64,000 nt of DNA from Octopus vulgaris (taxonomy: Eukaryota), in the NCBI GenBank assembly GCA_951406725.2, contig OX597820.1:102548001-102612000 (forward strand), given 5' to 3'. Position 1 is the first letter of the stretch, and each line of letters starts with the position of its first letter. The notes beneath the pieces are model-generated. The model saw only the letters and a program-made list of their open reading frames with translations, had not been told where the DNA came from and made no database searches. Both the position numbers and the translations under genes were made by a program. Below are positions 54,102-64,000 of the stretch, piece by piece.

Positions 54102-54106
<5 letters not shown>
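53844..54106. repeat. Diverged ~36-bp direct repeat containing GTAAGT (53844-53879, 54071-54106)
   Basis: ggaggtggaaatagcacagaagtaagtgtaagacat / ggggatggaaatggcacagaggtaagtctaaaacat. Confidence 0.75.
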
Positions 54107-54149
<43 letters not shown>

Positions 54150-54477
54150 CGAAAATGTATAGGTATATATATATATATACATATCTCTCTCTCTATATGT
54201 ATATGCATATACACGCATGCATTTCTCATTACCACACAAACGCACAAACTGAGACAAACATACACAGGCACACACAACCCCACAAACACACACATAAACA
54301 CACGCGTAGATTTATACAATATATTCCGGATAAAGTTGACGATGTTTTGTTTTCTTTTCTCAGGAAGAGTGTATTGTGTTCATGAATACTCGACAGCGTT
54401 GGAGCTACAGTACACCATATCAGCTAACTTTTTCTCATCCACAACTTTAATCATCAGCTTGGCACCTGTGACGTCGC

Positions 54478-54623
54478 AACTCATTTCTATAGCTGAGTGA
54501 ACTAGAGCAACGTGATATAAAGTGTCTTGCTCAAGAGCAGAAGACGCAGCCCGGTCCGGGATTCGAACTCACAACCTCACGATCGTAAGCTCAACGCTCT
54601 AACCACTGAGCCATGCGCCTTCA
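54478..54623 (-). mobile_element. SINE family C head and core
   Basis: gctgagtgaactagagcaacgtg..gtcttgctcaag..ggattcgaactc..ctaaccactgagccatgcgcc. Confidence 0.85.
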
Positions 54624-57521
54624 TAAGTACTGGATTTAAATATTAAGAAAGTTATACATACGCATATACTTGCCTATCTACCTGCAAAGCTACATACATG
54701 CCTGCCTACCTACATACATGCCTACGTACCTACCTACCTACCTACCTACATACGTGCATACATACATATAATATATATTGTTTAGTGTGTATGTATGAGT
54801 GAGACATATAATAGAAATGTGTAGTTTTTAGTTGCATGTATATATATATATATATACACACACACATATATATATACATACACATATATGTGTGTATGTT
54901 TGTGTGTGTGTTTTGCCTGTTTATTGTAATATTTATTTTTTTGTCCATATTGTTTGTTTGTGTAGATACATTTGTAATATCTTTAGTTTTATGAAGTGTA
55001 TCAATATCTGGTTTCATTTGATGTGAAGAAAAATTACTTTCTTTTTTTTTTTGCAGACATGAAATTACATCAAATATGAATATCCGTGTTCTGTCAATAA
55101 TTTCGAGCTCTTCCCAATATAAGTATATATATATATATATATTTATTTATATATATTTATTTATTTATATATATATATTTATTTATATATATATATATTT
55201 GTATATATATATATATATATATATATCAAAAGACAGAAAAAAGAAAAGAAAGAAAGACGAAAGAAAAAAGAAAGAAGGAAAGGAAAGAAAGTTATAAAGA
55301 AAATACGTAATTTAGAGTTTTCTTTTCATTCTGTCGTGGCTTGCAATTTCGATTTCAGACAAATCGTGGTAAGCACTAATCGGTTGTAGAATATTTTGTA
55401 ATGGATCTTATATAGAAATTGAAAAGATATATTTTGATTTAGCATGAAATACAACTTTTACTATATTGAAACAAAAGATATTACTCTATTCGTGATATCA
55501 CACACTTTCGACATGTTTTATTAACCTTTTTTAAGTAAATAACGTATTAGATACAAATGGATATTTCACTTAATGTGACTATATCACGTAATTTAAAATT
55601 CTAATCAAGCTTAAGATTTTGAGACAATTATAGCAGCAGAACAGTATTTAACAAACTATTTATTTTCCCCATTGTACTAAACTGTAAATTGAATTATAGA
55701 TAATATTTATTGAGCTAATGTATAAAGAATTCTTACTGAGTTCTTCATTTGAGGTATGTATATGTAAATGTCTTATATTTTAAACGAAGAAATAAATTAA
55801 GCATAGAAATATGGAAGCCATTGCATATAAATCACAAATATAGAGCGCCATGTAGTCCCATATTTAATGAAAACGAACGACTTTGATATCATGCTCAATT
55901 AGCTTCAATCAATCTTGAAACTAGACTCTGGGGATAGTTGCAGGTAATAGTACGGAAAGAGTTAAAATTATACCCATCACCAGTTCCTATCACAGAATAT
56001 AGGCTAATGCAAAAACATTGATTTACAGAATTCACATACTTCCTATTTCAACGTCGGCCTATACTGCAACTGTTGTAGCAAATACTTTAAAGAGTAAGCA
56101 TCTTCTAATGAATTTTCTTTGTAGACTAAAACCTTATGTTAACTCACTTCTTTTCATCTTGAGTATTTCTGGAAGGTTTCCGGGAGACACTGTTCTCGGA
56201 AAATTTTAAATTCAAATTGTGTTAATCAATGGAAATGTGAAGTCAAAGGAAGTCTATAGATTAATTTCGTTTCTCGTGAAAATTACGCGGAGACCTGCAT
56301 TCGATTATTCAGAGTTATATGTTCCTACGGCATTCATCTACTATAGAAATGCAACTAAAAGTCACCCCAAAAAAGTAACGGTATGAAGATGGGAAGCTAA
56401 AATATAGGAGTGTGGAAATAATATCTTGCATAAAATGTTACTTTAGAATCTCAAAGGACATAATTTAATTTCACTTAAACACTAAGTCCAATTAGTTGTG
56501 TTTTATTCATATCTTATTAAAACAGGACAAAAGTTGATCTCGGTATTTGGATAACTTTGTAGTAAATCCCAATACCTATCGTATCCTTGAATGAATACAT
56601 ACGGATACTTTATGCAGTTTGCCGAGGAAAAGAGAAAGCCAGTTCGACGAACTCCAACTCTTACTAACCTAAAGTCATTTTAAGATTCGAAGTCAGCTGT
56701 TATCTCTCAATGCTTACAAATATAAATTGTTTCTGCACTTAATACCAATATACAGCAAGGATAAGGTTTCACTGATTCACTGCAGTGATAGTAACAAGGT
56801 ACTACCATCAGCTCTTCGATTGTTAACGATTCTTCCCATTGGTGCATTTATTTATGTGTAGGACGGAATTGACATTTAGGAAAGGATTAAATAGCTTTAT
56901 AGTTCTTTATTTGTGGTATTTATAAACAAGTTGATGCGATAAAAGATTTATTCGTAAGCATAGGCCTCGATAAACCTGTAAATAAGAAAGGAAAGTGAAT
57001 TATAAAAGCTCGAAAAATTTAGTTCGTTTGCCGTGAGGTTCAGTGATTTCTAACTTTTCTGATTGAATAAGACGATATTTTTTATGCCTGAGATATTAGA
57101 ATCCACATTTCTAAACATTGTCGAACATTCTAAACTTTTAAAACTTCATATAAAAAATACATTCCTTAAACGATATCTTTAGAATGGCGTAGAGAATGTT
57201 ATATAAGAGATAAATTAAGATACCGGGAATAAAAATAATTCCTTTTTTCTAAATCAGTTACCGTGTAGGAATTACTGTTGATGTTTTTCATACCTTGACT
57301 TCAAATTTGAATGTACTGATGTTAAAGACTTCCACATAATTAGCCGTTTTGTTTCGTAGAAAATAGTTTTAGGATGTGGTAAAACTGGCCACTAAATTGA
57401 AATTCAAATATAATATCCTTATGATTTTCTAAGACGAAGTCAAAATTGAACCTCTCTTTTATTATTTCCTTGCTGTTGTTACTGAACTCTGATCAAGCCT
57501 AACTTAGCAGACGTTCCAGTT

Positions 57522-57978
<457 letters not shown>

Positions 57979-59743
57979 GTTCCAGTTATAGTCATCTTGT
58001 CAATATCTCTGCGACTATATTGTTCAATGTGCATGCAGTTCCTTCTCTTCGACCCAGGTTAGGATTTCGGAGATTTTATCACTTTTATTTGTATATGATA
58101 CATACAGTCAAGTACCACGAGTGGTTTCAAATAATATCTGTGCTGCAGCTCACTTGGGTGCTTGTAAGCTTTATATAAACAAATCTAGATTGGTCATTTC
58201 ATTTAGAAAATTATTGATTGATTGTTATCATGATTTAATTAACAGATTTTCCAATATTCATTTTTATCAACCTATCAAATAGGTAATGGAACTTGCGAGG
58301 AAGAAATATTTTAAATGTGTCAAGTCTTTCCTATTAAAATTGTTCATTATTTCATTATCAGTAAAAGTTGCGCATTAGTAGTTTTCCTGAACTGAGATTT
58401 GCATTGTTATCAAGAAACTGTGTCTGTGTGAAAAATAAACAAGTTTAAATTGTCCGAACGTTTATGGAAATTTGTCTTGTCTTAATGTATACGTCTAAGA
58501 CTTAGACACTGCCGAAAATAATAATTCATTTTGAATGTGGTATATCAGACCGCAAACACTAGACACTTGATGATTTCCAGACTCGTTAAACTTTATCTAA
58601 TGTAACAGAAACGATTTGCAATAAAGATGTTTTTCCTCTGAGATGTTATGTTCAGGGTTTAGAGATGATTATACTCATTTTAAAAACTTTGCGTGAGAGA
58701 AAGAAGAGCTGTGATCTTAGTAGTTCAAGCTTTCTCAGCCTGTTGATGTTGATGCAATTTTAGCTCAGCCTGATTTGGCGAAGATCGATCTAGAGTAAAG
58801 TTGTGGCTGTAATAGTTTTGAAATTAAAAGTTTAGATACGAATGAGTCTATGTTATGAAATATAGTAATGTCAATGAAAGTTGAAGACGTAAGTGAAATA
58901 CTGACGGTTTACATTTTACTACTGACACGGTTTATATTTTACTACTTCAGAGGTGAACAGTTCGTTATTGTAATACAAAAGATGTAGGAAAGAAATTGCA
59001 CATGAGTGACGTTATGGTTCTAGCACGTAGGTTAAAGATTATTTGCAAATCAGTCAGATTGGCCTTTTCTGGATGTAGTTGCTTAGTACAGATATGTAAA
59101 TAATTGTCAAATGTAGTATATTGTAATTCGTATTGACAGCACAAATATTTTCTGACCTTTACACTATATAGTCAATATCTATTTACAATAAAAAGACAAC
59201 AGGAATTTTGAGAACAATTATAGATTTCAAAAAAGTGTACGATTTATTACACTGTTTTTAGATGTGTGCTGTTCATGAGGGGCAAGGCTATAGTCAAGCA
59301 GACAGGTTCTTAATACTTATAGCTCCTGTGTCAGTGTTCTCTTAAATACGCCAATTTAGTCATATAAACATTTCGGAATCTCATATAACGGACGAAGTAT
59401 TGGAACAAAATGTCTATATTTAGCCTAGACGATGCATATATGCGAATTGTTATGGAGGTAAAAGAGTTGTGTCACTTGAGAAGAATTATGTTTATGGATA
59501 AGAGTAACAGTGTGCAGATCATCAACATATATAAAAGCGTTTAATAAGTATATCAAATTTTGTGTTAATGAAGTTCGGATTAATACCTGTAACTCACACT
59601 GAGAGAGAAAAAAATGTCAGCTAAGAAACTTTAAATGTGTGAAAAGTGGATCCCATAAGAAAGCTATTTATCTAAATGGATCTTATAAGACAGTTATTTA
59701 TGCATTTTGTACATTTTAGTATTCTTTTATTCTTTCATCCTTC

Positions 59744-60047
59744 TACTTGTTTCAGTCATTTGACTGCGGCCATGCTGGAGCACCGCCTTAAAGGGCTTTA
59801 GTCGAACAAATCGACCTCAGGCTTTACTCATTGTAAGCCTAGTACTTATTCTATCGGATTATTTTGCCGAGAGGCTAAATTACGGGGACGTAAACATAAC
59901 AACATCGGTTATAAAGTGATGGTGGTAGTAGTGGGGGTGCAAACACAGACACAAAAACACGTACTCATAAATATATACCCCCGCACATGTGTGGTTGGGA
60001 ATCTCGTAGTTGGGAAGCAAGATTCTTACCACAGCCACGTCTGCGCC
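59744..60047 (-). mobile_element. SINE family A, internally deleted
   Basis: tacttgtttcagtcatttgactgcggccatgctggagcaccgcc..ccacagccacgtctgcgcc. Confidence 0.9.
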
Positions 60048-60122
60048 AGTAGTTTCATCGCATTCTTCCTCCATTGACATCTGTAAAAATCCGCTGGTTT
60101 CTCACACGCCCAGTCCCATAAT

Positions 60123-60191
<69 letters not shown>

Positions 60192-60919
60192 CATTTCACA
60201 GATTATCACTTACCTGTTGCTATTTATTAAACAGTCAATGACATTTTCCAAGAGTCATATTGCTTCAGATAGTTAAAGCAATATAACTAATTAAAATGCT
60301 ATAAAAGTTAGGCTGGTCAGATTGTCACGCTGATAATAATTTGCTTTGAACGGGTGGTATAATCCAATTTCAAACATTACGCTCCAACTATACATTCTAT
60401 TTAACTTCTATTGATCTAACGCTACACTAAAATACAATAGATTATTTGGTTTATACCAAAGGGCAAATTTTCCAATGCCCGCTGTTGTATGTTGCTGTAA
60501 TCACTTCAGGAATATTTAAGAAGCTTTTGAGGAAAATTATATGTTTTTGTTTTTTATCTTATAATATATTTTCAATAACTATGTCATTGAGAAACTGTCA
60601 TCAAGAAAGCTTATATGTCATCGAAGAAGACTATATTTATTCAGATGACCGAAATTATATAAATACACAAATGAATAGCTTTCACAGGAATTTTATAATA
60701 ACTAGTGTTACCGTGTCGTTAAAAATGGTGCGGTTTTACGGTATAATTCATGCGTTCAAAACAACGGATGAAACCATAAGTTTCTTTGCAAAAGATATGC
60801 ATCTGGTACTTAAAAGTGAAATATTATCAATAATTCGTAAACGCGATGGTGCATATCATCTCTGAAAAGCATAATGTCACTTATTCCTCCAAATATAACA
60901 CACCGCATTAAAATTTGTA

Positions 60920-61915
60920 ACTGGTACTCTCGCTCCCTCGTCCTAGTTCTCCATCCGGAAATCCGGACGAAACCAGACTGCGAGCAATTTAACCGGTCTC
61001 TCTATCCAGCGTCCCACTAAGTTATTGGACGGCATGGACCTGCTTCTCTAGGTGCCGAGCTTTAGGCTCACTGAATTTTCTTGGCGAATTTTCATTCCTG
61101 TCACCGCCTCGTATTCTTTTAGAACAGTGCAAACCAGATCTATATGACTGATGTTCAACACTATGACGCTGACATCGTCTGCGTATGCCAACAGGGTTCT
61201 CCCACGTTCTACTTCGCGTGGGATGCCTCTAAATGCCTCCAACGTCCGCAGTGGTAGCTTCAGAGCCATTGCATATAGTAGAGTCGAGATAGGACCCTTA
61301 ACGGACCGAGCCCATGACGCTGAATAGTTCCGGTAGGTAACCATTCACCCGAACTACTGAGTAGACGCAGAAGTTGCTGTAAATAGCGGCAATCTAGTAA
61401 CAGAAATGAGTCTGGTAGCGGTCGCCGTGAGAACGGCCGCCAAGTATTGGTGGTCGAGCCTATTGAAGGCTTTAGACTGATCCAAACTGATCAGCGCCAA
61501 ACCCATGCCTTTTGAAATCTGCGTTCAGCAACGTTATCGGCCTACAATTTTCTATTTGATCTATTTTGTTTTAGTCTTTCTCAGCAGTACCATCACTCCT
61601 CAACTTAACGAATTAGGAATTATCACGTTCTGCTGCTACTGGCAGCAGATATCTGCTAAGAGGCCGTCAAGCAGATCTGGCATATAAAATTAAAGCTTGT
61701 GGGCAGACCATCCAAACCAGGCGATTTTCCTTTCTTGCAGCCCGTCATTGCATCCCGTATTTCCGCGGCTATTATTGGCATTTTATGACACCCCTCCACT
61801 TAACACGAGCCGTAGCACACCAAGATATTCACAGAAGTCCGTCCTGCATCCGAGACTGCTATTCATCCCAAACAGTTGAGCCATGTGCTGTTGAAATGTC
61901 GCAGACTCGGCGAAT
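60920..61915 (-). pseudogene. L1/Tx1-clade LINE ORF2 (RT) fragment
   Basis: GKSPGLDGLP, RPITLLNADFK, ISLDQSKAFNRLDHQYL, GPISTLLY, AYADDVSV, YEAVTGMKI. Confidence 0.9.
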
Positions 61916-62835
61916 ATTATCAACTCATCATAAAAGTTAACTAATATTTATGTTGTGTAGAGAAAAATAGCTTCATGAGAAATACTACTAGTTCTCTGAT
62001 TTTACAAGCAGGGGAGATAATGTCAAATAAGTTTCGATTTTATCAAACCTCATCATTGAAGCATAGCCTTATCGCCACTTGCGACACTTAAATCTAAAAT
62101 CTCTGCCAATCACCTACTCAGGCCGACGCAATCGATAAACCACGTACTTCACTAAATATTACTGGCCTCGCGACTTAAATTCGAAACAATTTCTATGATT
62201 ACAATGCATTTCATAATTTAGTTTTGTTTAGAAGCCCGCAAAGGATCCGTGCACTTAAATGAACACCCACGTATATTACTTAATACAGTCAACTTTTCTT
62301 CTTATCAAATTTAACTCAAACCTACATACAATAAAAGTATTAAATATAGTACGTAGTAAATGGAAGCAAAAAGCTATGAATAATTCAGAAATAAATATTT
62401 TACAGTCTTTTTGGCATAAAGGAAATAGTATACGAAAGGAAATTTAAAGTAGGATTCTTGAATACTTTATTGAAGAGCTTCAAATATGAAAAAAAAAAAT
62501 CCTCTTAAATATCAGTTATAAATTCTTTACGTTAGCCATTAATATCTACTAAGTTGGTAAGGAACTGGAACTTTATAATCGTCCATCAAAGTTCGGATCT
62601 AAATTGAAATGACAGTTAGTCAACATTTATGCATACTACAAAAATCAGTGCTTATATGTGCGTGTACGTGTTTGTGTGTGTGTGTGTGTGTGTGTATGGC
62701 GATATAAAACTACCTATTTTGTGTATAGTCATGGAAACTAAATGAGAATACATTTACTGGTAATGAATGTTTATATGTATATGTACATATGTACACACAC
62801 ACATTTGTATATATACATGTATTTATATATACATA

Positions 62836-62914
<79 letters not shown>

Positions 62915-62925
62915 ATTATATATAT

Positions 62926-62958
<33 letters not shown>

Positions 62959-63243
62959 CACACACACACACACACACAGACACACACATATATATATATA
63001 CACATTCTGTTGCAGCGTGGGAGATACATAACAACCAGTCAAAAGAATTTAAAGGAAACACAGTCTGTCTATTTCACTTCCACATTTATTATTCGCTTTC
63101 AAAGTGCTTCTCACACCGAACGCCACCTGGTCACTGACGTATGCTTCATGACGAGTAATATGTGACTTCCACGATATAATCGTTCTACTTTGAACGCACA
63201 AACTCATATCAAATCACTTGCTTGACAATTACACCACTAAACG

Positions 63244-63283
<40 letters not shown>

Positions 63284-63319
63284 GTGTGTATATATATGTA
63301 TGTATGTTTGTATATATTT

Positions 63320-63512
63320 ATTATCTCGGTATGTTAAACCGTTACTCCCTACGCATTTTGCTCTCTCCATTTTCTTCCCTTCTCAATCCTTTCTACCGAA
63401 GAGCGTAGGCTCGAAACGTCAAAAACTTCCGTTCCTCCCGAGCGTTCAACTAATACACTTGCTTGCTGCTCTTTCACCTGTGTTTGTCTTTTGTTTTTCG
63501 TAAATTTGAACT
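63320..63512 (+). mobile_element. Possible Penelope-like pLTR with atypical hammerhead-like motif
   Basis: ccgaa-gagc(gtag)gctc-GAAACGTC at 63396-63420; core deviates from CUGANGA. Confidence 0.4.
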
Positions 63513-63535
63513 GCATGCATGTATGTATGTATGTA

Positions 63536-63930
63536 TACTCCTTACTCTCTTTTACTTGTTTCAGTCATTTGACTGTGGCTATGTTGGAGTACCGCCTCTA
63601 GTCGAGCAAATCTTTGTAAGCCTAGTACTTATTCTATCGGTCTCTTTTGCCGAACCGCTAAGTTACGGCGACGTAAACACACCAGCATCGGTTGTCAAGC
63701 GATGTTGGGGGCACAAACACAGACACACAAACATATACACACGCACACATATATATATACATATATACGACGGGTTTCTTTCAGTTTCCGTCTACCAAAT
63801 CCACTCACAAGGCTTTGGTTGACCCGAGGCTATAGTAGAAGACACTTGCCCAATATGCCACGCAGTGGGACTGAACCCGGAACCATGTGGTTGGTAAACA
63901 AGCTACTTACCACACAGCCACTCCTACGCC
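63536..63930 (-). mobile_element. Full-length SINE family A
   Basis: Head ggcgtaggagtggctgtgtggtaag..ggttcagtccc on -; tail (tactct)n. Confidence 0.93.
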
Positions 63931-64000
63931 TAGGAGTATGTATGTATAAGAAAAAACTAATGTCTGTCTCCATTTAGTTCCTCTCTTTTCTTTTCTTTCT

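Noticed and set aside
58901-58946. Short tandem duplications (also 9058-9098, 45685-45733)
   Set aside because: Ordinary slippage products
60446-60865. 139-aa ORF
   Set aside because: Non-ATG start, AT-rich composition and no recognisable motif

Overview
This is AT-rich, repeat-saturated eukaryotic DNA, probably intronic or intergenic. It is most likely from an octopus (coleoid cephalopod), inferred from recalled resemblance of three abundant tRNA-headed SINE families and the dense (TA)n/(CA)n/(ATCT)n microsatellites. I cannot support any intact protein-coding gene. Most ORFs in the track are microsatellite read-throughs or decayed transposon frames. Recognisable elements are a Chapaev3-like DNA transposon with TIRs and a TTA TSD (405-1990), four Tc1/mariner relics, hAT and MULE relics, a non-autonomous Helitron, RTE, R4/Dong and L1/Tx1 LINE fragments, many SINEs and a 5S-rRNA-headed SINE3. 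The most notable signal is a set of ORF-less, Penelope-pLTR-like modules carrying hammerhead ribozyme (HHR) motifs at about six loci. One of them is a TSD-bounded composite of a tRNA (Pol III) head, (TAA)n, an HHR module and an inverted HHR module (57522-57978). The window also has many long inverted repeats (possible dsRNA), a TSD-flanked locally copied insertion and several strong + strand splice signals. All family names come from motif recognition by eye; no database search was run.
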